The position numbers and the translations under genes are program-made. From assembly GCA_951406725.2 (NCBI GenBank), contig OX597824.1:37138001-37202000 (forward strand): 64,000 nt of DNA, written 5' to 3'. The notes beneath the pieces were generated by a model that searched no databases, was not told where the DNA came from, and saw only the letters and a list, made by a program, of their open reading frames with translations. This document shows positions 25,543-39,152 of the stretch, piece by piece. Positions within the stretch are counted from its first letter, which is position 1. The number at the start of each line of letters is the position of its first letter. This DNA is from Octopus vulgaris (Eukaryota).

Positions 25543-27520
25543 TCAAAATGATCTGTTGTTCCCCTTCTTGAAATTTAACATCTGATTATATTATTCTTTT
25601 ATTTGTTTCAGTCATTTGACTGCAGCCATGCTGGAGCACAACCTTGAAGTTGTTTTAGTCAAACAAATTGACCCCAGGACTTATATTTTAAGCCTAGTAC
25701 TTATTCTGTCAGTTTTTTTGCTAAACCACTAAGTTACAGGGACATAAACACACCAACACTAGTTGTCAAGCAGTGATGGGAGACAAACACCGACACAAAG
25801 ACAAACACAGATAGATATACATACACACATATGTATATACATACAATGGGCTTCTTTCAGTTTCCATCAACCAGATCCACTGACAAGGTTTTGGTCAGCC
25901 CAAGGCTATAATTGCCCAAGGTGCTATGCAGTGGGACTGAACCCAGAACCATGTAAATGGGAAGCAAGCTTCTTACCACATAGCCATGCCTGCACCATAT
26001 TAGAAACCATTATTACAATTATTATCATCATTATTGTTACTTTTTTTTAATCCATTTCTATATATTGTTGAAATAATTACTACAATCCTTTTGCTACCAT
26101 ATGTTTCCTCACCAGCTTCACATAGCAGCCCCAGCCCATCCAAAGTACCTTGGATCGCAGGACAGCCTGCTGTGCTTACCTTGGATCATAGGATGCCCTG
26201 CTGTGCTAGAGGAAACCTATTGAGTCAAGTACATCAACATCAACATCAAAATAAAAATCAAATGGAAATTGTAGTTATGATACCCGATCCGGTGGCATGT
26301 AAAAAGCACCATCCAAACGTGGCTGCTGCCAGCGCCACCTTGACTGGCTTCGGTACCAGTGGCATGTAAAAAGCACCAACCGATCGTGACCGTTGCTAGC
26401 CTCCCCTGGCACCTGTGCCAGTGGCATGTAAAAAGCACCCACTACACTCATGGAGTGGTTGGCATTAGGAAGGGCATCCAGCTGTAGAAACACTGCCAGA
26501 TCAGACTGGAGCCTGGTGCAGCCTCCTGGCTTCCCAGACCCCGGTCAAACCGTCTAAACCATGCTAGCATGGAAAATGGACATTAAACGATGATGATGTC
26601 TTTTGAAATACACTGCCTTTGTCTCAGTTAATTTTGAATATATCAAGCAGTTTCAGGCAGGTTGCTATCAAAACAGTTAAAAGCTGGCTTTTCACAACTT
26701 GTCGAAACAGAAGCAAACAAAGTTCTGCATTTTCATTAATAGCAAGGCACATTAGCAATAGCAAAATTAATCCAACATATACACTGCTTGGTATAATATT
26801 GGTTTCAAATTTTGGTACAAGGCCAGCAATTTTGGAGCAGAAGCTAGTCAATTATATCAACCCCAGTGCTCAACTGGTAATTATTTTACTGACCTGGAAA
26901 AGAGGAAAAGCAAAATCAAATTCAGTGGAATTTGATCTCAGAATGTAAAGACAGATGAAATGCCACTAAGCAATTTGCCCAGCATCCTAACAATTCTACC
27001 GGCTCAACACCTTACAACTTGGAGTAATATTAATATGAAAAAACATATGCAATGGTTATACTATGCTAATATCATCAAAGATGAAAATAGTATGCACTCA
27101 TTGTATACTAAAATACTACTAAATATTTGGTACATCTGCTTCTATTTTTTTGTCTCAGACACTGTAAGAACTGTGAAGAATACAGTAAAAGTTTAGCACT
27201 GATACCAAAATTGAAAGAAAAATTTGAATTTCATGATCATGGGACTTTTTTTTTTACTTGTTTCAGTCATTTGACTGAAGCCATGCTGGAGCACCGCCAT
27301 TGGTCGAGCAAATCGACCCCAGGACTTATTCTATTGGTCTCTTTTGCCGAACCACTAAGTTACGGGAACGCAAAGACACCAGCATCAGTTGTCAAGCAAT
27401 GTTGGGAGGGCAAACACAGACACACAAACACACACACACACACATATATATATATACATATATACAACAGGCTTCTTTCAGTTTCCAAAAAATAATTAAA
27501 AATATCAGGTACAAACTTAC

Positions 27521-27646
27521 TTTTAGCTGTTTCTTTTCAGCGAGATAACTACTTTCAAGTCGAGATTTTTCATTGGTTAAAACACTTAATGTGGTCGTCA
27601 ATGTAGTCAACTTTTCTTCACTATCAGTCTGATGGGATTCACTGGA
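27521..27646 (-). CDS. GCC1: GCC1 coding exon 3
   Basis: SSESHQTDSEEKLTTLTTTLSVLTNEKSRLESSYLAEKKQLK (GCC1 EKSRxExSYLAxKK motif). tttcag / gtaagt sites, 126 nt. Confidence 0.92.
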
Positions 27647-28695
27647 CTGAAATAGAAAAATAAATTTGAGTCTAAAATAAAATAAAACAGCAATACTGAG
27701 TCTATATTAGACATGAAATACTCTTAGATTTAATTTTATCAACAAAATAGAATGGCTTCATTGAAAATATCAAAATACTTGAGAATTCTGTATAAAATAT
27801 GTATCTTAAAAGGACTGTGAAAAAAAAAACAAGAGATGAAATACATTGTGTCATAGTATTTATCTATATATAATCAAAGCCAAGCTGTTACAATTAATTA
27901 GCAATCACCTTAAACCTTTTGATACCAACCCACCTGAAATCGTCACTGGTCTGTAGTACAAATGTCTTGTTTTCAAAAGTTCTGAATTAAAATCTTCCAC
28001 CAAACCTTAATCACAATATATGCTCCTAACACTAGCTTAATGATAATTAAGTTACTTTACTAAATTATTTGTTATATTTAGAATAATTGAAAGAAACACA
28101 GAGCATTTCAACAGAAATATGGTAACAAAAGGGTTGAGATAGGCTTCCTAATCACAAACAATATTACTGATTTCAAATTTTGGCGCAAGGCCATCAATTT
28201 CAGGGGAGTGGGTAAGTCAATTGCATCAACCCCAATGATCAACTGGTACTTATTTTATCAACCCCAACAGGATGACATGCAAAGTTCACCATGGTGGAAT
28301 TTGAACTCAGAACATAAAAGACAGATGAAACGCCGCTAAGCATTTTACCCAGTTGTGTGGTAAGAAGCTTACTTCCCAACCACATGGTTCTGGGTTCAGT
28401 ACCACGCAATGGTACAAGTGTCTTCTAATATAGCTTTCAGCCCACCAAAGCCTTATCAGGGGATTTGGTAGACAGAAACCAAAAGAAGCCCATCATGTAT
28501 GTGTGTTTCTGTCTGTGTTTGATTCTCAAAGTCAAGCGTCTGTCACACTTGTCTCATTGACTGGAAGTTTATTAAGTGCCAATACCATCATGACATCTCT
28601 TTTATTCAACTGAAAGCCAAAAACTGTTACTTCAAACTTACAGACATCTTAAATAAACCTAGTCGTGTACAAAAAGCTTTAAAAAATCAGTAATA

Positions 28696-29217
28696 CCGTA
28701 AATCTTCAAGTATAGTCTGCCCTTGAGTATAATACACAGGGAATTTTTAGGGGGCTGTACCTCTGAAAAACCTAAACCTTGTGTATAATACGCACCCCTT
28801 CTCTAACTTGAGTTGTGCGTAATTAAGCCAACAGCACCTAGTCAAACAAGCACTTCCGCGCATGCGTAATACAATAATGGTGATGTTCTTAACTGTTATA
28901 TGGGAATGTAAATATGTTTGCAAATTGTTTTTGTTATATGTTATTCTGTTTTCTGAATACTTTTATTTTAATAAATGTTGCTTACTGCAAGTTATGGATG
29001 ATTCTTTTATGACTTCATTGCTATCAGGCTTAGCTTAAGGTATTTTCACGCTCGACATCATAAAATGCATCTGAATAAACATTGCCAGACAGAAAATATA
29101 GACATGGACATTGCTTAGAAAATATTTTTCATTTTTAACCTCGTACCTAGTAAGTGCTAGGGATTTTCACCTTTAAATTTTGGGGAAAAAATGTAGATTA
29201 TACTCAAGGATTTATGG
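28696..29217. mobile_element. pogo/Tigger-like MITE
   Basis: TA TSD. TIRs CCGTAAATCTTCAAGTATAGTCTGC / GTAGATTATACTCAAGGATTTATGG. Confidence 0.75.
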
Positions 29218-29322
29218 TATTAGAAGAATAAAAACATCCCAAAACTCATCCAGTTGTAAAAGAACTTACTTCAAAATTCCTGACAACATATAATATTAAA
29301 AAAAAAGGTTTTAAATAATTAC

Positions 29323-29516
29323 CTTTGACTGTAATGGGTGAGGAATTTCTTGTTTTTCTTCGTCTGTTTTTTCTTTGTCATTGTTGTTTTCCTTGTTGGC
29401 AGCAGAAAATGATTTTTTACCTATACCATTGTTCAAATCAGTGGCAGTTAAACATTGGATGCTAGCTTCCAGAGCCTCTTTCTCTTTTGACAAACCTTTG
29501 TAAGCACTGATTAAAT
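29323..29516 (-). CDS. GCC1: GCC1 coding exon 2
   Basis: DLISAYKGLSKEKEALEASIQ matches the GCC1 AYKxLxKEKEALEASI motif. cctag acceptor, AAG|gtaatt donor, phases consistent. Confidence 0.92.
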
Positions 29517-29925
29517 CTAGGTAATAAAACAATTAGATTTTCATTGATAAAATATTCAATAACAATATACAAATTTTACACTAAGAATAATCAACGAACC
29601 AATTTAATTATAAAATAATTATTTATTGATCTCTGTCTGCGCTGCCTTGTCTATCTACAATCATCGATTACTGATACATTTACACCCAAGATACAATCAT
29701 GAAAGGATATTGAAATTATATCAGACGACTGAGCCATCAAAAATGTTACAACGAAACATAACAGGCTCATTCAGATAGAATCAGACAAAAACTAATCACA
29801 GTTACCTCCCTTAGGCTTATTGTGTTGTAGAGACAGGACAGAGCCAGAAGGTTTATATCAATGGATTAATTTACCAGTTGTTTTTTTTCCAGTATCTGAA
29901 TTTCCTGATACAAGTAACCACTTAC

Positions 29926-30010
29926 CTCTTAATCTGGCTTCATATCTTTGAATTTTGTCTTTCTGACTCTCAATAGTTTTTATTAGTTCACTTCTTGTTG
30001 TCTTGTCCAT
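29926..30010 (-). CDS. GCC1: GCC1 coding exon 1 (start codon)
   Basis: MDKTTRSELIKTIESQKDKIQRYEARLR(D) resembles the GCC88 N-terminus. Donor G|gtaagt at 29925. The exon acceptor tttcag ends at 30045, so a non-coding exon must lie upstream. Confidence 0.9.
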
Positions 30011-32917
30011 ATTTCATTTGAAATGATCCATCTTAATTGGGTGACTGAAATTATACAAGACATAGAAACACACAAACTTAATTAATTAATTAATCATTGA
30101 TTGATTGATAGACAGGCTGGCAGATAAAATAGGTATGTAGACAGACAGACAGATATGCATATTGTTTCATATTCTGGAACAAAGCCAGCAACCTAGATGG
30201 AGAGGGTTGGTTGATTACATTAACACTAGTACTTGCTGATACTCATTTTATCAACCCTACAAGGATGAAAGGCAAAATTAACCTTGGTGGCATTTGAACT
30301 CAGAACATTAAAACTAGAGGACATAAAGCTAAGCATTTTGTCTGGCATGTTAACGAATCTGCCAGTTCACCATATGCATATATATAAATGTGTGTGTGTT
30401 AAGAAATTCGTGTAGACAGTGTTTTTATATTTTATCTGACAACATTATCAATTTTCTATTTAGACCTCTTTGACAGCCTTTGATTTTCTAAAACCCTAAT
30501 CAATCGTCTCTTTCTCATTCATACTTTTATTACTCCTGCCCCTATTGATCTTCTCACGATCACTCATCTCACTTTTTTATGCTGTTGGTGTTGTAGCATG
30601 GCAGTTTCAGCCATTTTGAAATATAACTGTAGCGGTTTCTGATATCCTCACTTTTTGAAAGACACGACAGGAATGATCTCGTTTGAGGTTACAGCCATCT
30701 TTGGCCGAGTTGTTCCTGTTGTAACCACTAACCTGATTGGTTGACATGTGACGCGATTTGTCTTCATATTTCTTACAGTGTGATTAAAGATAGCACTGGA
30801 TTTCTTTTGTTGACCAAACATGGTTTCCTGTCTAAGAATGGATGCCACACTAACACTCCACTTCTCTCTCTCTCTCTCTCAATCGTCTTAACTCACCCAT
30901 TTGAAGTACAAGCATATGGGACCTCATCAAATACACTCTGACAGTAATCAACTACTGGCCTTCTGGTATTCACATCCACCATTTATCTTCCTTTTACCCC
31001 CATCCACTAAGAAGTAGCATGGCTCAGTGGTTAAAGCATTTGGTTCACTATCATGAGATAATGAGTTCAAATCCTGGACCATGATGTGTGTTGTGTTCTT
31101 GAGTAAGACACTTTATTTCACATTACTCCAGTTCACTCAGCTGTAGAAATGAGTTGCTACGTCATTGATGCCAAGCTGTATTGGTCTTTGCCTTTCCTTT
31201 GGATAACATTGGTGGTATGGAGAGGGGAGGCTGGTATGCATGGGTGACTGCTGGTCTTCCACAAACAACTTTGCCTAGACTTGTGCCTCAGAAGGTAAAT
31301 TTCAAGGTGCAAAAATCCTGGTCATTCATGACTGAAGAGGGTCTTTACACTTTACCCTTATCCTCTTCAGTATTGGCGCCACAGAAAATGTACCTAGAAT
31401 ATTTTATTACATGTAGCATTGACATGATCCTTTAATCTTGTCAAAGACATGACAACCTCTTCAATGCTGATACCACATTAAAATGCATCCAGTTATACAA
31501 TGGCTGGTGTTAGGAAGGGAATCCAACGATGGAAACTAAGTCTATCGTGAAATTCATAAGGAAGATTCGGTCCTGCAACACATGTAAGACAAGAGCAACA
31601 ACCCATCTAATTTATGCTAACATTGAAGTTGAACATAAAACAACAAGAGCAATAATGATAAACATACACAAATTGTTGTAAGTATCCTCCTACCAACCTT
31701 AAGAAAAAGTCAAGTAAAATAACAGTGAAGAAGAAACATTTTTAAGAAGTAACAGTAGTTTCAATTTTATGCCAAATCCAGCAAATATATTGTCGAATAT
31801 ACTCTTTTACTTGTTTCAGTCATGTGATCGTGGCCATGCTGGAGCACCGCCTTTAGTCAAGCAAATCAACCCCAGGACTTATTCTTTGTAAGCCTGGTAC
31901 TTATTCTATCGGTCTCTTTTGCCAAACTAATAAGTTACGGGGACGTAAAGACACCAGCATTGGTTGTCAAGCTATGTTGGGAGAAGGGACAAACACAGAC
32001 ACACAAACATATATACACGCATAAATATATATACATATATACGACAGGCTTCTTTCAGTTTCCGTCTACCAAATCCACTCATAAGGCTTTGGTCGGCCTG
32101 AGGCTATTGTAGAAGACACTGGCCCAAGGTGCCACGCAGTGTGACTGAACCCAGGACCATGTGGTTGGTAATCAAGCTATTTACCACACAGCCACTCCTG
32201 TGCCTAAATAATATATAGATTTTTCACTTTTGAAATCTAGTAAAACAGTATTAATTGTAATTATCATTTTTCAAGTTAGATTTGGCATTAGGAAAGGCAT
32301 CCACCCATAGAAACCATTCCAAAACAGACAACTGGAGTCTGGACAGCTTCCGGCTGGCCAATTCCTGTCAAACTGTCTACATGCCAGCATGGAAAACGAA
32401 CGTTAAATGATGATGATTCATAAAGCTTCTTCTGGACAAGATGCCAAGGAATGTATTGGACACCAACAGAAGCTGATACATACTTCTAACAGCTAGTAAA
32501 TTTGTCACACTCCACCCAAACACAATGAAATGTTTACAGGAGATACAATCCTGAGACTATAATTATACATGAACTTATTTTACTTCTACAACAGTAATTA
32601 ATAGTAACGAATCTTACCTTATCAAGACATTGTCCCATTGAAAACTGCATCTAGTAAAGATAATTGAGTTGGTCATAAAGAATGTAATGAAATTTCAACT
32701 GATATTGTATATCAAATAAAGAAAAGTCTTAAAGTTGATAATGAGGTGGGCACAATAGAATTGTAGACTAAAAGTGATCTGAGAGGAAACAGTGAAGAGT
32801 GAACAATGGACTTCTTACATGGGGTTAATATAAGATTCAGATATGTGGAAATACAATGTGTCGAAGAATTATCTAATCCATATCATCACAAACTGGATAT
32901 TACATTGTTAATGATAA

Positions 32918-33325
32918 GGATCTTTTCGGTTTGACCAGCAGTTTTTTCTAGTGGTGTCATATGAAATTGTCACCCATAATTATGACCCTAGTATCGATCT
33001 ATTGCATTTCAATCTGGGTTAGGGTTAGAGTTAGGGGTGGGGGAAGGGTATCTTTTTTTTCTTCACAAATGTAAATAAACCGAATCTGTTTCTTAAACGA
33101 GGGACATATTCATACGGCACAGAATGTTTTCACCTCAATAGGCGTCATTGATTGGTTGAAATTGAAGAAAAAAAAAAACAAATATCTTACAAAACATAGA
33201 ATTTTCTCAATAAAGCCAAAAGAAAAACATGTTTTATAAAAACATTCTAGCAGTATACGAAATTTAAAAGTGTTTAGTTACGTGCAAATTATTTTTAAAA
33301 ACTGCCGGTCAAATCGAAAAGATCC
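32918..33325 (+). mobile_element. Merlin-like MITE, copy 1
   Basis: TIRs GGATCTTTTCGGTTTGACCAGCAGTTTT / AAAACTGCCGGTCAAATCGAAAAGATCC. Perfect 8-bp TSD AATGATAA. Confidence 0.8.
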
Positions 33326-35370
33326 AATGATAATAATAAAAAAATAAAATAAAATAAAATTCAATGATAATAGTAGTGCTAATTAACTATAATCATAACG
33401 AAATGATTAATGCTGTAAAATGTTGATAGTTGCACAAACTGTATTTGTATGATGACAATGTTACTACAAGGTAACAGAACAGCACCCAGGAAAGTTAAGT
33501 ATCAGTGAGCATAGCTCCATCACAGATGGTATGTTGGTGACACCAACTATTGAAAGGGATGAGAATGCTGCTTCACAAGTATTTTGTCAGTGTTTGGTGT
33601 CTCTTGAAGTCCTAAGATTATGAAGAAAACAAGTGCCATTCTTTCTACTCTTCTTAAGTAAATATTTCCTTTACTGAGTCACTGGATAAGCACAAGATTA
33701 TTTCAGATCAATAATTTCTGAGTAAAAAAAACAAAACATTTTCTAATTTTCACATAAAAATTCAGCATAGATCGTATTTAAATATTAATCCATTTGTCAC
33801 CTAAATATATAAGAAAATCAATAAGTAATCCTGTTAACTGGGACACAGAAACAGAAAATCTGCAAAAGTAGATGAAACTACATTCCCTTCCTTTGCCAAT
33901 CAATTCATGTGCTACGTAGACAAATGTAAAATAAGTATTTTAAAAAAGAATTAAAACTGAAATAAATAACAGCCACTATAAACTGAGTTTAGTTCTCGTG
34001 GGTTCTACATTATTTTAGCTTTCTGGGACATAATAGCAATGAACGAACGGAACGGGTGAGTGTTCAAGGACTCAAACAGTTGTGGAATTTCGTACATTTA
34101 GACCCAACTCAAAACAGAAATCCGGCCACTTTTTTATATTTCTAAAATTATTTCTGCAAGTCAGATGTCTATATCACGCCATTGAATCCGTTTGGATTGT
34201 CAAAGTTACTAAAGAAAAATATTTCTTTTTCGTTGGTCCCAACAAATAGAAATTAAACTGAGTGATGATGTTAAAATACTTTTCTCGAGACATTGTATCA
34301 ACTTGCCTTTACTATTCCCTCCACCTTTATTTTTACCTATATTCACCAAATTTCGAGAATGAAGATTCCGATACGAGATGAAGTTTTCAGACACGTTAAA
34401 ATATAAACGAGGGAGAAAAAAAAACATATTAATAATTGAGACTGACATTCGTGTGCGGAAATGAACGAACAATGAACAGTTTGACAAGTAAAAACAAAAA
34501 TGTGTTATCTGTTTAAATAATGACATAGTTGACCGGTAACAACGACAGTGTAATTAAATACCTCAACAGTCTGTTCAATCGATTTTAGAAGTTTGAACAA
34601 TGGCCTGCTCAGGTATTTAATCAGGCATTGTTCCAGGTCAGTTTAGATCAAAGGTATTCTAACCGTGTCCATTAGTCACATTTTTAAAAAGCAGTGAGCA
34701 CCGAAGACCTCAATATGTCCCTCCCACTTTAAAATAGTATAACGTGGTCGGAAGTTTATTTGCAGGTAAACTTATCAGGTCGAGTGACCACACAGAAGCT
34801 CTCTCAAAGGCTCAAGGGATTTAGGTTGAAATATAATTCCGTTTACGGTCAAAAATATAAATCCGTCCCAACATTTGACTGGTATTTAATTTTAATGACC
34901 CCCAAAAAGGAAGACTGGTCAAGTTACTTTCAGATGGATTCGAACTCGTAATGCAAAGGGTCGTCCTCACTAAACATAACAAGGAGAGGCGTGAGAGATT
35001 GGCAGATGGTGTGACATGGCAAAATATCAGACCATGTTTATCGATATTTAAGACAGATCAGAAGTATTCAAGGACTGTTTGGCTTAATGGTTAGCAAAAG
35101 AGAATACCAAATAATGTTGACAGATTTGGTTCATTAAACAATTAAAACACGTCAACAATAACATCTGGAATTTGAAACAAAACAAGAACATCTTAAAATA
35201 AGGTTTCCAACCACGACCAGGTTTGATCTGACGACGACAACTTTAAATTGACAACACATTAATGAACGGACAAACTAGGATAATAAAGAATTTATGTGGA
35301 AGATTGAAACTAAAATTGAAGAGACCAAAATTAACTGACTTTAATTAATGACTTAATTAGAGTAACTTAC

Positions 35371-35450
35371 CACGTCGACAGTTTAGAACCTAATGGGGAA
35401 AAACCCAGAATGCATTGCATGACGATTTGAGTCACTTCCGGTAACAACAT
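35371..35450 (-). promoter_or_regulatory. Probable GCC1 promoter / non-coding first exon
   Basis: Minus-strand donor GTG|gtaagt at 35370. ETS-type ACCGGAAGTG at 35433-35442. ZNF143/Staf-like ACCCAGAATGCATTGC at 35403-35418. CpGs locally retained. The TSS itself is inferred. Confidence 0.55.
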
Positions 35451-38282
35451 TGACATGTGATTTCTTTGTAAACATGCAACAATTTGGAATGACTTAAATG
35501 GGTCTTAATTGAGGAATAATTAAGGTTAGCTGTTAAATATAGACAGGACGATGGATAAGACGATTTTTGAAAAACAGGTAAAATGTTTGGTATACCTACA
35601 CTAGTATACACTCCTTACGATTTTGTTTCCTCATAGCTCTCAGAAAAATGAATATTTTTGAATGAAATTTTCCATACGCATCTTTCGGATAGAGTAGATT
35701 ACGATTATTTCCGAATTTAATGTGGAAAAAAATGGTGGGCGCACACATACATACTTACACACGTCACTTAGCTTTTTCCGAAATTTCAAGTTTAATTTTG
35801 TAGGTAAATATTGGATGGGTGTCGGTATGTCTATGTGTGCGCCCGCCAATTTTCTTTTACTCTTTAAATTTAGAAATAATAGTAATCTTCACCATCTGAA
35901 AGGTAGTTGTTGGAAATTTCATTAAAAAATATCCATTTTGCCGAAAGTTATGAGGAAAGAAATTCGGTGGGGGTGGGGAGGCACAGGTGTGTTGGTATGC
36001 ACCTTAAGCATCTCACAAGAAAATATATCAAAACCCAGTGGTAGCTTGTAGATAAAATTAGTGGGGGTACTGCTTCAGAAAATTTTTAGCCATTGTTTTA
36101 ATATTATGTAAAAGGAAATTTACACACAAACTTGATCGGTTTGCGTTTTAGCCACTGCCTTGTAGTGTGTTTAATTTGTTCACTGAACACCGCCGTGAGT
36201 TCTCCCTTGTTTTTCAAAAATCTCCCCTAAATCACAAAATGTGGGGAAAATGTGCCCTATTTTTCAAATCCTGGCAGCAAAGCTGAAGCTGGAAGCAGGA
36301 TAATAATCTAATTCTACACTTTATCACATTGAAGAATATAAACACGTTTTTATGCACAACACACGCGGAGTAAAAAAGAAACACTACCTTTCACTCGGCA
36401 CTGTCATTCACGCAATGCTCTCTCTCCCTAGTGTAAAGCTTCCTATCTTGGACATGTGAGCAGGCGCACAACAACCAAGCACCGCATCAATGGAACAGTT
36501 CACAACTGGTACTTATTTTATTGACCTTCAAAGGATGAAAGGCAAAGTCGATCATGGCAGAGTTTGAACTCAACATAAAGATGGACGACAGAATACTGCT
36601 AAACATTTTGTACTGCATGCTAACGATTCCGCCAGCTCACCTGGACTTATTTAAGAACTTTGGTTGACTTTTATGTGGCAATTAATTTGTCATCATTGTT
36701 AATTAATCTTTTTCCTTTCTCTGATTTTTTCTAGCTTTACTCAGATTTTCTCCACTGTTTTTTCCCTGAACTTCAAAGGACATTTGCAACTGCTCCACTT
36801 TCTGATTCTTATGTTTATGCTTCTAACTATGTTCGTGACAGCAGCTCTATCAGCTTTCTTTAAAATATGCAGTGCTAGTTGTAAATTCCCTAGAAATGTC
36901 ATGATCTTGCCTCCAGATGGCCACAAAATGTGCAACTAAGATCTTCATAAGCACCCTTCAACATCTGTACCTCAGTAGTCTTGGATCATTTTTATGAGTA
37001 TGTTATTGACATCAACACTGCAAACCTTAATCTCAATCAATGGAAGTTGCAATATAGAAAGTTGAATGAGCAGTAATACAACTTTTGTGCAACAATACAA
37101 TCTGTCCTGTGGAAGGAACAGTAAGAACTGGTTGGTGCAAACATACTTCCATCATCATCATCATCAACATTCAACATCTGTTTTCCATGCAGGCATGGGT
37201 TGGATGGCTTCACAGGAACTGGCAAGGCTAAAGGCCACACCAGAGTTCCATAGTCTGTTTTGACTTGATTTCTATGGCTGGATGCCCTTCCTAACTCCAA
37301 CCACTCCACAGAGTGTATTGGGTACTTTTTATGTGGCACCATCACCAGTGCTTTTTATGTAGCACCTTGGTTTTAAGATCTCAAGTCTGTTTATTCAGAA
37401 TTTAAAAAATTCCAGATTCATCAAGACCACCAGCAAAGTATAACATTTGAACTTGGGTCGTTATTGTATGTCCTTCATTAAGGTATCAAAACTATATTAT
37501 TGCTCTTGTTCCACATTTCTTTTTGACTGCTTCAGTATACTAATCATCATTCTCTGAAATTTCTACAGTTTCTGTCAGTCAAATTTCATTGACAAGACTC
37601 TGGTCAACCCAAAGTCTATGGCAGAAGACCCTTTCCCAAAATTCCATGCAATGAAATTGAATCTGAAACCAAAGAATTGCCAAACAAAATAAATGTCTTA
37701 CTACTCAGCTGTCCCTGCACCCACTGAAGGGTGCTCACACAAAAATATACTGGAGAAATTTATTGTACATTTGAATACATCTTTTTAATTTATTTGTTAT
37801 TAAATAAAGTGTGATTTGTTTTCACCTGTGTGTAATGCTATTTATATGAATTGTGTTATCATTGTGTCATGAAGGTGCATGGCTCACTGGTTAGAGTGTC
37901 GGGCTCACAATTATGAGGTAATGAGTTCAATTCCTGGACCAGGCTGTGTTGTATTCTTGAGTAAGACACTTTATTTCACATTGCTCCAGTTCACTCAGCT
38001 GTAGAAATGAGTTGCAATGTTACTGGTCCCAAGCTGTTTGGTTTTTGCCTTTCCCTTGGATAACATTAGTGGCATGGTGAGGGGAGGCTGATATGCATGG
38101 GTGACTGCTTGTCTTCCATAAACAACCTTGCTGGGACTTGTACCTTAGAGGATAACTTTGTAAGTGCAATCCCATGATCATTCATGACCAAAGTTCTTCA
38201 CCCTTTCTTACTCTGTCAATCAATAAGTGACACAAAATATTTATTCAACTACTCTATCAACTACTAATTAGCGTATTTCAGT

Positions 38283-38520
38283 GATGGAGCATGCAAGGAA
38301 GGAGACAGCACTGGAATGGACATGTGATGCATATGGAAGAGGACAGCCATAAAGAGAAGTGTTGGTTGCTTAATGTGGACGGAGCTTGCAAATGAGGGAG
38401 ATCAAAGAAGACATGGGCTGACATGGTGAAGGCTGATCTCTCTGGACATCAAATATCATAGAGGAGATGAAAAAGGACTGGGATAACTAGCAATATAAGG
38501 TTCCCAAGAAGATCAGGTTG
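38283..38520 (+). mobile_element. Decayed RTE LINE ORF C-terminus
   Basis: Translates RQHWNGHVMHMEED...*GRSKKTWADMVKADL, like the RTE RxxWxGHVxR...GRPxKTW motif. Confidence 0.65.
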
Positions 38521-38567
38521 TGTCAGTGAAAGTGAGATTCAGGGAGCACAATGTGTGTGTGTATATA

Positions 38568-39134
38568 CTGGATTGTCCGGAAAGTTTGTGCCGATTTTTA
38601 AAGGAAAGAAAAAGGTCAATAAATACTTGCCATTACATTTTTAATCAACCAAGTATGAACTATTTTGTTGCACAATGCATCTCCATCTTTCCTTTAACTT
38701 GAAAATACCCTCTTCCCAGAATTGAGGGGGTTTCATGGCAAAGAATTTATCAAGGTATCTTTTTATGTCATCCAAGGGATTGAAATTTTTACTATTAAGA
38801 CTATTCTGCAGAGACCTGAATAAGTGGAAATCCAAAGGAGCAATATCTGGTGAATATGGAAGGTGGGGTAACACATCCCAGCCGAGCTGCAGCAATTTTT
38901 GTCTTGTTCCCAAAGCATCAAGTGCCGAAAATGAACTTTCTTATCTTCCATTTTAAAGGCTTTACAGAATTAACAAAGGTTATAGGAACATAAACCTTCT
39001 TCCATGAAAAGATAGCTTAAACTGCATTCTAAATGGAAGTGTAGTCAAATCCTATTTTATGGACTCAACCATGTTCTAAAATAAGTCGAAAGTTAAGCTA
39101 CTATAAATCGGCACGAACTTTCCGGACAACCAAA
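38568..39134 (-). mobile_element. Internally deleted mariner transposon
   Basis: TA TSD and ~30-bp TIRs (CTGGATTGTCCGGAAAGTTTGTGCCGATTT / AAATCGGCACGAACTTTCCGGACAACCAAA). The N-terminal MEDKKVHFRHLML lies directly next to the C-terminal HLPYSPDIAPLDFHLFRSL. Confidence 0.88.
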
Positions 39135-39152
39135 TATATATATATATATATA

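Noticed and set aside
36700-37030. Possible coding remnant in the intergenic region (also 49840-50340 and 61620-62200)
   Set aside because: Stops in all frames and no motif I can confidently assign. Probably old TE debris.
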